A stretch of 64,000 bases of DNA from Eledone cirrhosa (GCA_964016885.1 OZ024754.1:868001-932000), one strand, 5' to 3'; counted from the first letter of the stretch, positions 1 through 13,371 are shown. The notes: generated by a model not told the origin, from the sequence alone. Numbers and translations are program-made.

Positions 1-271
1 CTTTATGTTCTGACTGCAAATCCCGCCAAGGCTAGCTTTGTCTTTCGTCACTACCATGCAGCATCATACTTTTCATGTAGGGATGAGAAAATCTCTTTGT
101 CTCTCTGTCAACAGAGGTAGTAGCTTCCTAAACGTTTACCAGCCTGTTTTTCTAGCTAGTATACTTTCAGTGCCCCCCTCCTCCACTGCTAATTATGTTA
201 CCTAAGTAACAGAAGCTATCAACTACTTTATTTTTCAATTTTTTTTTTTATACTGTTTATTTTCAACTTAG

Positions 272-514
272 TATGAAAATCAAGGAAGCAAACGACAGCG
301 TCGACCACCATCTAGAAAGCATCGCAGACGTCCAAACAATTTGTTGGCTGAATACAATCGACGTAAAAGAAAACAAGTTTGGCTTGAAACTCACATTTGG
401 CATGCCAAACGCTTCCGTATGACCAAAAAATGGGGATATCACCTTGCTAAGGAACCAACCTGCAAAGCAAATCGAAGGACTTACAATTCTATTATGAAAT
501 ATTGCTTATTACAG
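272..514 (+). CDS. POP1: POP1 (RNase P/MRP protein subunit), internal exon; upstream exons lie outside the window
   Basis: Acceptor ttag|TAT at 272 and donor CAG|gtttgt at 514. Encodes [32 protein letters not shown], the POP1 N-terminal domain signature. Confidence 0.93.
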
Positions 515-1057
515 GTTTGTACATCACTTTGTGAAAGTCTATATTTTCTTGCTAGCCTCTGTTATAATTAATCATCCTCACCACTATATTTTACATCCAA
601 ACATTAGGAAGATGTCATCATCATCATCATCATCATTATGTCAGCATCGTCATCATCATCATCATCATTTCATTGTAGATAACTTGCTGAACATCTAATA
701 TGATTTTCTGTTATAATGATCTTTCAATTTAATTTTCCTTTCTGTAAGTTAACACTTTCATTACCATATTTTCAATTAAAAAAACACTGTGTTTCAATTA
801 ATTTTGAAAATAATAAAAAATTTACAAGAATTTAGTAAAATGTCCAAATTACATTTAATAAAAAAAAGTTAGTTAAATTCACATTTTCTTTTATGTATTT
901 ATATTTAAGAGTCGCAAATATTTTTTTAAAAGCTAAAAATGATTGAAAATGTTTGACTTCCTTGTCCTAGTTCTTAAAAACTATTGCCATCACTGGCTAT
1001 TAACAGCATTTATTCAAAGAAGTACCGGTCTTTATTTTAACCTCTCACCTATTTTAG

Positions 1058-1145
1058 GATGTGTCTTATCTGTGTTGTATTGAAATAAGTGGTTTACACA
1101 GTGAAATAACACTTGGCTTTTCTCATCTTTCAAACCCTTCCACAG
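1058..1145 (+). CDS. POP1: POP1 exon
   Basis: ttttag|GAT to G|gtaagt. Encodes DVSYLCCIEISG, continuing ..CLLQ|DVSY as in POP1 orthologues; frame-compatible with both neighbours. Confidence 0.88.
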
Positions 1146-1485
1146 GTAAGTTGGATACATATATTTATTAGTTTAGAGTGTTTTAAACTTTACATCATTG
1201 TCATTATAATGATAATGATGATCATCATCACCACCATAATCGTTACCACCATGACTACAATTACCACTACCTCTTCCACCACCACTACCACCACCATGAT
1301 CATCACCAATACTTGTCTACTTTCCCATGCTTGCATGGGTTTCCTGAAGCAATATTGTACAACTAGATTCCCTTCCATTTAATTAATTGTAATATAATGA
1401 ATTTCATGAGAGATACTGTAATGAAAGGATTAGTCTATTGTAATTTATTTGTTTTACCATTCATAAGAATTAATTTTTTTTGTAG

Positions 1486-2250
1486 GTCCTGGTATTGGTG
1501 CTAAATGTTATTTGAATGGAAGCCGAGAAGGTAGTATTGTTTTATATAAATATGATCAATTCCCACATGATGCCATAGGTTTAGTAACATTTCTATGGAA
1601 GCCTGTCTCTACTGACTGCAGTAAATTAATTTCAAATACTGGAGAGTCTGAGAATATTCGATATCTCTGGCTGTGGTGCCATCCATCATGTTATAACCTA
1701 CTTTGGCAACAACTCATAAAGCTATTCCAAAATGTTATTTCTACACCAGAAGATAGCAAGGTCTTAACGAATAACACTGATGAAACATCAAATACAGCAA
1801 ATATTAAAACATCAAGTGGAACCACTGAAGCCACTCAGACATTTCATACTTCAAATACCAAAGAGACAACTTCTGCTAATCTTTCAAATGGTTGTTCATC
1901 TGGATCAACTAATAACAAGAGCGGTGTCTTCTTAAAATCTTTGAAAGACCAATTAGTACGGTTTCGTTTAACTGGTCCATTATCACTGAAAGTTCTAGGC
2001 AATGCTATAACTGTGGGTAGGATTAATAAAACTTCTAGTAGTGACTCATCAGATACTCCTTGGTGGCACACTTACTTTGATTCCGAAGAATGTTTGATGT
2101 CACATCAATCCAAAATGAAACTTTGGCAAAGATTAGGTGAAGCCTATATCCCTGCAGAATTACCACAGCATTGGGTACTAGGTCTGACAGTTATGGATCC
2201 AAGATTTCGGTTACCTTGTAAGAAACAACGTGCAGAACCCAGTTTAGAAG
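1486..2250 (+). CDS. POP1: POP1 exon
   Basis: tgtag|GT to G|gtacgt. Encodes G.REG..VLY..QFP, LWLWCHPS, RFRLTGPLS and VLGLTVMDPRFRLP motifs; phase 1 at both ends. Confidence 0.9.
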
Positions 2251-2566
2251 GTACGTATTGATTTATTACTACTTTACTTACATGTACTTGTTGCAGTGTT
2301 CAACCAGGGTGAGTTGAGCCAGCTCCATTGAAGGAATTCATGGTGTAATTCTAAAAGAGAATCCTTAAGAAAAATTCCTTGAATGTAAGAATAGTGATAT
2401 ATACTGAAGTGTACTTGTACTTGGGGTGGCGTTCGCCCGGTGTAAGTTCATTTCAATGGAGTTTCTTCGAGCGATTGGTTTCACAAGCGGTGCCCATCCG
2501 CACGTATATGCACTTTAGGATAGTGCAATCCAAGTATTGCATTGGTTATACTTTCTCATTATTAAG

Positions 2567-2770
2567 TTGGTGTGGTGGATTTGCAGTATCGGTAGAGGGT
2601 CAGGCGCTATGCTTTGCAGCTTAGAGTCACGGCCCCTTTACTTTCTGTGTTCAAATCCTGCCGAGGTTAACTTTGCCTTTCATCCTTACGGGGTTGTTAA
2701 AATAATAAAATAAAGTACCAGTAATGCACTGGGATAATTGCTGGCCTTGTGCCAAAAGTAGAAATAATTA
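2567..2770 (+). mobile_element. tRNA-derived SINE, family A (about 190-200 bp), in a POP1 intron
   Basis: A-box-like TTGCAGTATCGG and B-box GTTCAAATCC, followed by body GCCTTTCATCCTTACGGGG..AAAGTACCAG. More than 15 related copies in the window. Confidence 0.8.
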
Positions 2771-2825
2771 TTAAGTTGGTGTTTGAAACTTAACAAAGGT
2801 TAGTAGTTTGGCCTTAAAATGTAAA

Positions 2826-3350
2826 CAAGGTTGGGCTGAAAAGTTCATAAGCTGACTATGAAGGACTGATGCTAGAGCTGTGAAATATTGTATGCATTAG
2901 TTTCAACTTATTAATAACTGCATTGTTTCTTTCTATCTAAATTGACGTCTGACTGTTCAAAGAAAACTTTAAATGTAACTAGTACTGACTTCTCTTGAAA
3001 ATGAACAAAATTTGGCATTGTGGTGTTATCAATTACCTGCCAAAAAAGGGTTTAGTCCCCAAGAACATTCATGCTGACATGGTTGCTACATTAGAGCATG
3101 CCGCTCCAGCTTGATCAACATTGCAAAAGTGGGTAGCTGAAATTAGTAGGGGAAGGGAGAGTCTTGAAGATGACATAAGGTATGGATGTCCTGCAACTGC
3201 CACCACCGAGGAAAACATTGATTGTGTTGACCACATGGTGATGGATGACTATAAATCAAATAGCCATTGATATTAGCATATCCCTTGAAAGAGTTGAGAA
3301 TATTCTGCACAATGAACTTGGCATGACGAAGGTTTCTGCTCAGTGAGTGA
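2826..3350 (+). mobile_element. Mariner transposon 5' fragment (TIR plus degraded HTH region)
   Basis: TIR-like GGTTGGGCTGAAAAGTTCATAAGCTGAC resembles the end at 61248. From ATG 3001 it reads IHADMVATL..QKWVAE..RGRESLEDD..G.PATATTEENI..ILHNELGMTKVSA, with stops and frameshifts. Confidence 0.8.
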
Positions 3351-3668
3351 CACTCAACCAGCTGTTATTTGGTTTGGAACGTAACTTTACAAAAGCTTTG
3401 TAGATGAAACTATGATGAAGGAAGTATTTAGAATAAAAACACTTTAAAATAAACAGTTTTGTATCATAGAATGAAGAATGGAGTAAGGCAGTGGATATCA
3501 AAAGTTAATTTTCTGAACCATGCTTTGTTTTGGTAAAAATATCACAGAATTCTTTTTAAATAAGGTCATCTATTTGCTGTGTTGTTTAGAAATCTGTTTG
3601 TTTTCTCTTATTACAATTATTATTGAAATTCTGATTGTCTCACTTTGTGGTTTCTTTCAAAATTATAG

Positions 3669-3812
3669 TTCCTGAAGTTGACCATTCTATAGAACCTACC
3701 CAAGAATTGTCTCTCTCTCCCCTTTGGGAAGAAACTATCAGAACCGAAGTTAAAAAGGCCAAACTTTCAGAACATGAATTCAACAAGATGTTGTCAGAAA
3801 CTTTAATTCCAG
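3669..3812 (+). CDS. POP1: POP1 exon
   Basis: tatag|TT to G|gtagaa. Encodes SPLWEETIR..LSEHEFNKM..LIPG; phase-consistent. Confidence 0.85.
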
Positions 3813-4004
3813 GTAGAACTTTCTCCTCTTCCTCCAGTGGGCTAGGGACTGAACCCTAATGAACTCCTACCTGCACATTGAATTCCTCACTCAACTCATT
3901 ACCATTTTAACACATAAACCCATCATGTTTAAGGTATAATTTTATGCTAGCATTGTAAAATAGTTTTTAAAAAAATATTTTTATATATTTATTTTCTATT
4001 TCAG

Positions 4005-5005
4005 GTCATCAATCACATCTTGTAGAATCTTCCTCTCAAATTCCAATGATTTTAATCCAAAAGCCAGGGATTCAGTCAATACTTCAGTCTTGTAATTCTA
4101 CTTCCGCAAATCCTCAGTTTGGGAATGGCTGTGATATCATACTTCCTACTGGTTGGGGAATGGCATTTTGGATAGCCCTAGTGTATCAAAGTGCTCAGGT
4201 TGGTGGTCTTTCTGAAGCTTGTAGAACATCATTAGAAGTTGGAGAGTTACATTTTCCATCTGACTATCCCGATACAGAAGCTGGACTTGATGAAATGTCT
4301 GTGATACAAACAAACAAATTACAGGTCTATTTGAGACGGCCACCAAGCAAGCGACCCAACTTTGAACGGCTTGGTATACCAATCCCTTTTTACACAGATT
4401 ACCTTTCTCTGGTTCAAGAACTAAATAAAGACATGGACGTCCAGAGGTTTTGTGTCTTGAGAGACCGTAAAAAACTAATTGCTCTTAGTAGATTAATATC
4501 TTCTACAAAGGATACCAAATTGAAAATTTCAGAGCTTTTTGTTGGAGATACGTTTTACAAAGAGACAATAGTACCAGTTTTTATAGAGATGACATCTAAA
4601 GGGATCCCGGAGCATTGTTCAATGATTTGTGTCCCTCTGAAAAGAGATCTTGTCAATCTGAAATCTCAGAAAGTAACAAGTGTTAAAGAATCATTACACA
4701 AAGTGAAAGTGAAACGAGTGAGGGAAGAAAGTAAAGGAGATAAAAAGATAAAGACATCACGATCATGTGAAACCAAACTAAAATGTGGGACTGGTCAGTT
4801 ACTTCCATTGTCAAGTACATCACGGAAGATTATTGGATTTCTGACGACAGGAAGATACTCCTTTTTAAAGGCTACTGGTGTTGGTGTTGGATTTTGTTCT
4901 GTAGTTGGCTTAGAGGAACTGGTACTAAATTCCAAATCTATAGTTTTGGTTAGAAGTATTAAATCGTTAGAGTATCGTTATGCTAAATTATATGTCATAT
5001 CCTAA
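4005..5005 (+). CDS. POP1: POP1 last coding exon (POPLD and C-terminal domain)
   Basis: ttcag|GT to stop TAA. Encodes IPMILIQKPG, GNGCDIILPTGWGMAFW, FPSDYPD, RRPPSKRPNF, IIGFLTTGRYS and VLVRS...YRYA. AATAAA at 5046 and 5061. Confidence 0.93.
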
Positions 5006-5487
5006 CCCAGCTACTTCTTCAGTTTATTAAAAAAAAATTCTATATAATAAATAATACTTTAATAAACTATTTCTGGTGATATTTCTAATAATGTAATGTT
5101 TTAAACTTTGCACCCAAAACATGTTCCTCTACATAGTTCCTCCATTCCTTCAGTAATATGGAAGAAGTATTTTAAGACCATTATTATTCTTGCAGACCTC
5201 ATGACAAGTTTCATACTCATTGTGGTTGTGTCTCAAAGGAAATTATTTCCATGAAAACTATGATTCAATTTTGTCTTACAGCACATTTTACGAGTGTTTT
5301 AAGACTATTTTCTTTTTCTAAAGCAGGGAGTTATCCTTGTGGGCTCCATCACAGACTTCATATTCTTCATGGGGTCCCTTTTTCAAGCAATGTTTTATGG
5401 TTAGATGTTTCTCCAGATACTAATCCTTTTAGTTACTTCTTACAACATTCTAAACCAGATGATACACACGGCAATATCATTGATATA

Positions 5488-5650
5488 ATAATTGTTTCTA
5501 CTTTTGGCACAAGGCCAGCAATTACCCAGTGCATTACTTGTACTTTATTTTATCGACCCCCGTAAGGATGAAAGGCAAAGTTAACCTCGGCTGGATTTGA
5601 ACTCAGAATGGCAAGGGCCGTAACTCTATGCATCAAAGCATGGCAACTCA
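5488..5650 (-). mobile_element. SINE family A copy (5' truncated)
   Basis: Reverse complement of the 6651-6843 element. Confidence 0.8.
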
Positions 5651-6650
5651 GTAAATGTTTGTTTTTTATCCTCAGATCAGCCTTAATCAAGCAGACCTAT
5701 GTTCAAAAGTATTCCAACCACAACCATTGTCTTTTTTTTTTTTCAGACATTTTTTTCCTTTTTTAAGTGTTAGGATGAGAAATGCCATACTACACAAGAC
5801 TAACATTTTCACACAAGCAGGATGAAATAAGCATGGGGAGTATAGTTAAAGGCAGAAAGATGTAACAGCATTTAGGCTGCCCCTTTCCATCACCCCATCC
5901 CCACTATTACCCTTACATAGACTTTTCCCTAGCACACTTAGTCTCCCCCTCTACCATAGCCATTCTCTCATTCACATTCCTTCTCCCCTGTCCAACCAAT
6001 GCCAGTAGTAGTAGTGGTGTCATGAGAAAACAACCTGGTATATTCCATGATATGTTTTGCATTAGGAAGGGCCTCTAGCTGTAGAAACCATGCCAAAATG
6101 GAACATATGAGTAAGACATATATCTAGCCTCAGAACGTGACAACCAGTCTAAATCCACACTGACTGACAGCCAGAATTAAAAAAATTAGCAGACCATAAG
6201 AGCCATTTCAATAATTTCTATGCTCATATTTTAGTTCTAATGTGATTCTAGAATGTACATTAAATTCCCACTTGACTGGAGCCACTATCATCCGATGCTG
6301 GTTGGTGAGAACCTACAGGGATTTAGTACACAAGAGATTATCAAAATTTTAAGAATATAAAATTATGGTTTCTTGAATGCGGCCTTATTATATCGCAAGT
6401 AATTTAATGCGGCCTTTCAACACGAAAACGTTCCCCACCTCTGCACTAGCACATAGGAGTTTATGTCCTCAATGTGATTAGAGACTCTACATTATGTCAA
6501 TGCTATCTCTGTTCATTCATCATTCATTTTAAAGAGTACTGGGTGCATTGTATGGTTGCATCAGTACTAGAAAGAGAGTGAGAGCGATTTGGAAATTTCC
6601 TTGTCTCTTACATGTCTGAAGAATTCTATCTACTTTATATTATTTCTGTT

Positions 6651-6843
6651 GGCGGTGGATTGGCAGTATCGGTAGAGGGTCGGACACCATGCTTTGAAGC
6701 ATAGAGTTACGTCCCTTTATGATCTGAGATAAAATCTCTCCAAGGTTAATTTTGCCTTTCATCCTTACGGGGTCGATAAAATAAAGTACCAGTAATGTGC
6801 TGCTGGGTAATTGCTGGCCTTGTGCCAAAAGTAGAAACAATTA
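6651..6843 (+). mobile_element. SINE family A, full-length copy
   Basis: GGCGGTGGATTGGCAGTATCGGTAGAGGGTCGGAC...GGCCTTGTGCCAAAAGTAGAAACAATT; tRNA-like head. Confidence 0.85.
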
Positions 6844-7299
6844 TTTCTGTTGTTTCAAGGCAAGTATGAGCATGAGGGTACACAGAGGGGAGAGAGAGAG
6901 ATCATTATAAAGCTGAGAGAGGTAATTACAAGGCAGAGAGAAATGATAGCATGAGACTCACTCCTCCATCAGTTCCATTTCTCTTCAACAACTTGTCTAA
7001 GTAAAGTGAAGCACTAGCTGTCTCTAAATCAATTGTAGTGATTTTTACTGTAATGAATGCCGAAGAAAATAACATCCCTATCAATTAGTGGAGAGATATC
7101 GTGAACTTTTTATTTTAAATTTGTCAATATATATCTTGATATAGGTTTTGTGTCAGGACAGACATAAGCAGGTACTTAACAGAATTTATAGGGCGTCATA
7201 AAACTACTATAGGATAAATAACTATAAGCTGTCTGTCTGTCACAAGCTTGAAGGCTCATCAAGCTGGTGCTTATCCTAGTTTTTTTATGGTATGAAGCA

Positions 7300-7505
7300 A
7301 CAGAGTACAAGTCTCTCTGGACTATGACAGAGTACAAGACTCTCCCCTGGATAGCGACAGAGTACAAGACTTCTCCCTGGACAGCGACTGAGAGTACAAG
7401 ACTTCTCCCTGGACAGTGACTGTGAGTACAAGACTCTCTGGACTATGACTGAGAGTACAAGACTTCTCTCTGGATAGCGACTGAGAGTACAAGACTCTCC
7501 CTGGA
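7300..7505. repeat. Minisatellite, about 29-32 bp unit (GAGTACAAGACTTCTCCCTGGACAGCGACT), about 7 copies
   Basis: Direct tandem repetition visible. Confidence 0.85.
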
Positions 7506-8026
7506 CAGGATGCCAGTCCATCACAGAAACCTAACACCCCATCTTTCACCAGCCAAGTGCTCCACCCTACAAACATGCATCTCCCCCCAGCCCTCAGTCA
7601 ACACTGTGAGTAGTTGTTTTGGTGCTATGACAAAGTGTTCCCAGTCCACACTGTAAAGTAGTTTTGGTGCCATGACAAAAAGCGTCTAGTCCACACTATA
7701 AAGTGGTCATTTTGGTGTCATGATAAAAAGCACCCAGTACATGCTGTAAATGAAGTTGGTATTAGAAACAAAGCCAGAAGTTCTGTATGAGCAAGACATA
7801 GTCATCTGATCTGGCTTGTCTCACTCGTCTAACCCATGCTAGCGTGGAAAAATGGACATTAAATTATGCTATTTATATATAAATACACATCATCTTCGTT
7901 TAACGTCCATTTTCCACGCTAGCATGGGTTAGACGATATATACAGATACATGATGGCTGCCCCCCTCGTTATCAAATATGATCATTGCACAATAAAAAAA
8001 AAACATACACACATGTATATTAATAA

Positions 8027-8525
8027 TTAACGGTACTGGGATCGAATGTGACTTTTTAGCCCAGCCAATGATCTAAAATGTCTTGCACATAATTGGCAAC
8101 CACAATAAAAACATTTACTGGCAATAACTGGCTGTGGTTGGATTTTGTGTACTTTTGCATGTCGTTTGAGCCCTTCTACTGATTTATACTCTTTTCCACA
8201 TGCTTGACATGTATGATGAGTAGCATCTCCGACAGTAGCCTCATAGTCAACCACTGGTCTCACTTTATGACTGCAAAGATGACTTATGAGTCCAGCTTTG
8301 CTGTGGCAGAGTCTTGCACAGATGCTGCATGTCAGCGCCATAGGAGGACCTTTACTGTCTGGAAATGTATCAGCAATGCCTTTCCTGACATCCCTTTTTA
8401 CTTTCTCATATGTGATTTGAGATGCCTCAAAAGCAACTTTCCCATCATGTACAGTCTTTCACCATTTATTACGATCATCAGCTACATTTTCCTATGTATC
8501 AGCAGCGATGTTAACTTTAAACTTT
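8027..8525 (-). mobile_element. 3' end of an RTE/BovB-like LINE ORF with three C2H2 zinc fingers
   Basis: Upstream frame reads DRNKW*KTVHDG..FE..., typical of RTE C-termini. Then CSIC..SKAGLISHLCSH, CQAC..SVEGLKRHAKVH and CQLC..SLAGLKSHIRS. Confidence 0.65.
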
Positions 8526-9442
8526 TAAATTCTAAACCTTTAAATAACTTTTTTTTTAAAAATGTTTAATTGCATCTTATTTTATCTAGTTATTATTGAT
8601 CTGAGAAAACCTATGGCTGCATCATGTGCGGGGACATAGAAATAGTCAGGCTGGATACCTGATCACGCAGTTAAACCACTAGGAATGAAGGACCCCTAGC
8701 CTTTGTCAGGGCATTCTTCTAGGAGAAGGAAACTGGGATAACTCCGACATATAGATACTTATATAGGCATGCATATATAGATACATATATATATGCATAT
8801 GTGTATATTCAATCTAACCAGTTACAACAACATTCTACCATTTCTTGTCTTTGAAACAGAATCTACATATAATGCAGTAATTAGCTGAATAAATGAGTTA
8901 ATCAATAGAGTTAATTGATACAGTAACAGACACACATACAACATAGCTCACATATATCTTCATTGACTGTATTATTTATTTCTTTGGATATATTGATTTT
9001 ACTAATCAAAGGTGTGTTTGCTATTGATTTCTTATATAAGCACATGGCTAATATTTATATAGGAGATTAAATCAATCAGAATATCAAGGTCAACCATAGT
9101 ATGGTCTGAATCCAGAATGAAGAGGAAGTCAAATAAGAATTAACTGCAAGCACACAACATACATAACAAATATATGAACCCTTTAGCATTTTATCCAGCC
9201 AGAATGATCTCACCTATTTCTGTTCAAACAGGCTGTAACCAGCCACTCTAATAATTGTTTCTACTTTTGGCACAAGGCCAGCAATTACCCAGTACATTAC
9301 TGGTACTTTATTTTATCGAACCGGCCACTCTAATAATGATGTTAAGGTATTGTTCTCAAAATAAATAATATCAAAATCTCAGAGATTCGATATTATGTGA
9401 GGTAATTATGTGTGTTTCTTTAGAGATACAGTCAGCAAAGAG

Positions 9443-9658
9443 TTAACCCTTTAACATTTAAACTGATCATATCCGGCCAGAATTCTCTCACTTCTTTCTG
9501 TTCAAACCAGCTATAACTGGTTGCTCATACCAATGTTAAGGTATTGCTCTCAAAATAAATAATATCAAAATCTCGTAGATTCAATATGATGTGAGGTAAA
9601 GCCTTTACTATGAAAATACAATAGTAAATATAGAGTAATGTAAATGTCAAAGGGTTAA
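9443..9658. mobile_element. piggyBac-like MITE (about 210 bp); further copies at 9783-9987, 12540-12751, 33955-34176 and about 48510-48713, 49238-49435, 56444-56670
   Basis: TTAA|CCCTTT...AAAGGG|TTAA termini and a shared internal sequence. Confidence 0.8.
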
Positions 9659-10249
9659 AGGGGTTTATATGTAGAATAGTTGATATTTAGCAGTAAACTA
9701 TTGTAGTTTATATGTAGAATAGTTTTATTCTGACTACTTTTATTTTGATATATCTTGTTTATTAGTGAAGAGAAAACTGAGGTTAACCCTTTAGCATTAA
9801 ACCAGCCAAAATTCTCTCACCTCTTTCTGTTCAAACCAGCCATAACTAGATGCTTATATTGATGTTATGGTACTGTTCTCAAAATAAATAATATCAAAAT
9901 CTCATAGATTCAATATTATGTGAGGTAAAGCCTTTACCATGAAAATACAATAGTATATATAGAGTAATGTAAATGCAAAATGGTTAAAGACAGTAAATTG
10001 TTCATTTTATATCTGAATTGAAAATAGAATCTAACATTTCTATTCACAAATAACCAGATTAATTTCTGATTTTCTTCCAAATCATAGTCTCTATTAAGGA
10101 TTCCTGATATTCTTTGGTCTCAGTAGAATAATAGAAGTTCCTGCAATATTTGTAGTTTAGTCATTTATTATGAAAGAATGGCTTAATTAATCAGGTTTCT
10201 CTTTGCACTTCATTCAATCGTGGCTTTATGAAAGTATTTCACATGTTGT

Positions 10250-10530
10250 CTCAATATATGTAGTCTATATATATGTATGTGCCTATATATGTATGTGTCT
10301 ATATTTGTATGTGTCTATATATGTATGTGTCTATATTTGTATGTCTCTCTCTATATATATGTCTCTCTATATGTCACTCTCTCTCTATATGTCTCTGTAT
10401 ATGTATGCCTCTCTTTATGTATGTCTCTCTATATGTATATGTCTCTCTATGTGTCTCTCACTCTTTATATACATGTCTCTCTATATGCATATATCTCTCT
10501 CTCTATATATATATGTCTCTCTCTATGTAC
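10250..10530. repeat. Degenerate (TA/TC/TG) microsatellite
   Basis: Low-complexity tract; explains three spurious ORFs. Confidence 0.9.
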
Positions 10531-10823
10531 ATTGATGAAATATATTAGTTTAACACTTGAAATAGCAGGAAGAGGAAATGAGTTTTAACATTTCGAACAT
10601 TAGTCTTTCATCATCAGAAAGAGTTAGAATTAGAAGATAAATAGAAAGTTAAGAGGGAATGAGGGAAAAAATGACGTAAAAAAGGGGGAGAAAAACGCAC
10701 ACACACACGCACACAGATACAAATATATATATATATGTAAAAGGTAAACGGAAATAACAAAGCAACTGACACAGTACATTGAAGAAATATATTAGTTTAA
10801 CACTTGAAATAGCAGGAAGAGAG

Positions 10824-10859
10824 TCTTAACGTTTCGGACACTAGTCCTTCATCAGAAGA
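10824..10859 (-). ncRNA. Minimal type I hammerhead ribozyme; degenerate tandem copy at 10584-10620
   Basis: Minus strand reads TCTT CTGATGA A GGAC TAGT GTCC GAAA CGTT AAGA. Stem I TCTT/AAGA, stem II GGAC/GTCC, palindromic stem III, GUU cleavage triplet. Confidence 0.8.
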
Positions 10860-13077
10860 TAGAGTTAGAAATAGAAGATAAATAGAAAGAAAAGAGTAAG
10901 AGGAAGGAACAGGGAAAAATTAGGGAAAAAAAACACTCATGCGTATTCAGTCAGCCATATTATATGTTTACCTCCTAAAGTGAGTTACTGGGTTATCATG
11001 GGCAATGACGTATTTCTACATCAATACATGAACAGTTCAATAAACACTAGAGTGCTTTCCTCACTTCATCAGTTACTGTCAATGTTTGGAGAATCCCACA
11101 TGATGAAACATGTGACTGGTAGAGGCCCCCATCTCCTGATAATCTTGACACTTACTGTTATTTTCTATCACTACCCTTCTTTCTTCTCTTCTAGAAACAA
11201 CTCTCACACTCCATAGATACATTTACTTTACAACTATAACACCAATTTAATCAATTCTTGTCAATTACTTGCTAAGAAAGAAATGGTTGCTGAATAAGAA
11301 CAAATGGAACAAAATAAAATAAAAATAAATGAACAAAAAACTTAAATAATAAATGAATAAATAAATAATAATAATAATGAAAAGTAAAATAAAAATAAAA
11401 TACAAAATATAAGCAGGTAGACACCAATGAAATCCAGCATGTAAGTGGCAGGAACACTGCTGAACAGACTGTAAAGAGGTTTCTTTCTGGTCTGCTGCTG
11501 TTTCTTTCACTAAATGGATTCACTTTCTTCCTCCACCCTACCAACACCATCACCATTATTTTACCATTTTATAACAGTATTTTTTTTCTTGTTATAAACA
11601 AAGAACATATAAACAACCTTTCTATTCCATTTTAATCACTTTCCTTTCTAGAGGAGAATCAAAGAAACCAGGAGTTGATAAGAAAGAGTCAAATTCCCGA
11701 GTTCCATGGAAATATATAACATTAATGTTTTGTTGAGAAGAAGAGGAATGAAGGATTTTTGGCTTTTTTTTACTTAATCTTCAGATATGACTTTATATCA
11801 ATCCAGCTTGGAAGTAATTGATTTTACTGTGATAGAAATCATTGAGGTAAAGAATCTGTTGTTTACACTATTTTTGTTGTTATACATGGTATTACTGGTG
11901 GTGATATTGTTGTTATTGATGTTGATGATATTGGTAATGTTGGTGATTCCCTCTCTGCATTCATTCTAATTTTACTCTTTTATATACAATTTTCTTTCCT
12001 TTTGTAGTTATACATATATTATAATATATGTATACACATATAAGTATAAAGAAAGAGATCAGGTGCAGAAATGCTATAAACATAGCTTACAAAATAAGAT
12101 GAAGACCGTTAAAAGATGGAAAAAGAATTTGCCAAAGACTGCTATGAGGAATTGAACCCCATATCTTCCAGGTCCTGGTATCTGGAAGATATGGGATTCA
12201 ATTCCTCATAGCGGTCTCTTATATATGTATACATATATTCTCAGTTTGACTTCAGACAATGTATATTATATTTTAAAAACATATCATAATGTATGTAAAA
12301 TTACAAATATATCATAAAGATAATATTATTTATATAATATATTTTACAAATTTTTTTCTTTTTTTAATTTGAAATTTTCAAAACCAAATGTTTATTCTCA
12401 ATACAAGTGCTTCACTCACAAAGTTGGCTTAAAAACCATTGATTACATAAATATGAAAAATAAAATTATATATATAATATATAAAATTTCAAATACATTA
12501 TACATTATAAAATACAGTTTACAAATATATTTTAAGATTTTAACCCTTTAGCATTCACATTACTCTATATATACTATTATATTTTCGCGGTAAAGGCTTT
12601 ACCTCACATATCGAATCTATGAAATTTTGATATTATTTATTTTGAGAATAATACTTTAATGCCTGTATGAACAGTTGGATATGGCTGGTTTGAACAGAGA
12701 GAAGTGAGGGAATTCTGGCTGATATGGCCAGTTTAAATGCTAAAGGGTTAAATTATATATCACCTATTGTCTTATCAAGTGCGTGTGTGCATTGATGTTC
12801 TCTCTCTTTCACTCACTGCCTCTGTCTCTCTCGCTTTCCCCATCTCTCACTATTATAAGCAAATGTGAGCCCACGCACTGGTTGCCCTGCGGCCCCAGCT
12901 GACATAATACAGAAGATAGTGAGGGAGATGCATTGGAAGAGCCATTCCAGCTCACGAGGCTCAAGAGCCATAATAAATCAAATGAAAAAATATGTATAGA
13001 GAAAAAGAACCATATACTGCACAGAAAACACAGTATATTGGATATATACTAGATACATATTTCATAGAATATGTACT

Positions 13078-13145
13078 CAAGATGGAGACCTTAGACTCAA
13101 GATGGAGACCTTAGACTCAAGATGGAGACCTTAGACTCAAGATGG
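13078..13145. repeat. 20-bp tandem repeat (CAAGATGGAGACCTTAGACT x3) inside an element with imperfect inverted arms at about 12973-13030 and 13165-13231
   Basis: Direct repeats; flanking ATAAATCAAATGAAAAA ... TTTTTCATTTGATTTAT. Confidence 0.7.
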
Positions 13146-13284
13146 AATCATTAGAGACCTTGAGTTTTCTCTATGGTATAGGGTTCTTTCTCTCTATATA
13201 TATACACATATAACTTTTTCATTTGATTTATATATATATATAAATAACAAAAATAATAATGCTGATGTTACATAAATCGTTTAA

Positions 13285-13371
13285 TCATTATAATTATTTC
13301 CACAGTTCTCCATGCAATGGAGAAGTCCTTCATGCATTTGTTGTTGTTATGAGAATGGTATCCTCAGATGA
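13285..13371 (-). ncRNA. Type I hammerhead ribozyme with long stem II
   Basis: Minus strand reads TCAT CTGAGGA TACCATTCTC...GAGAACTGTG GAAA TAATTA TA ATGA. Stem I TCAT/ATGA, palindromic stem III, AUA triplet. Confidence 0.7.

Noticed and set aside
1113-1382. Poly-T/I and poly-V/M ORFs (also at 14412-14597)
   Set aside because: Trinucleotide (CAT/CAC/TAC)n tracts in non-coding DNA.
6651-6740. Possible tRNA genes at SINE heads (also at 20349)
   Set aside because: A and B boxes are present but there is no complete cloverleaf, and they are always followed by the same repeat body.
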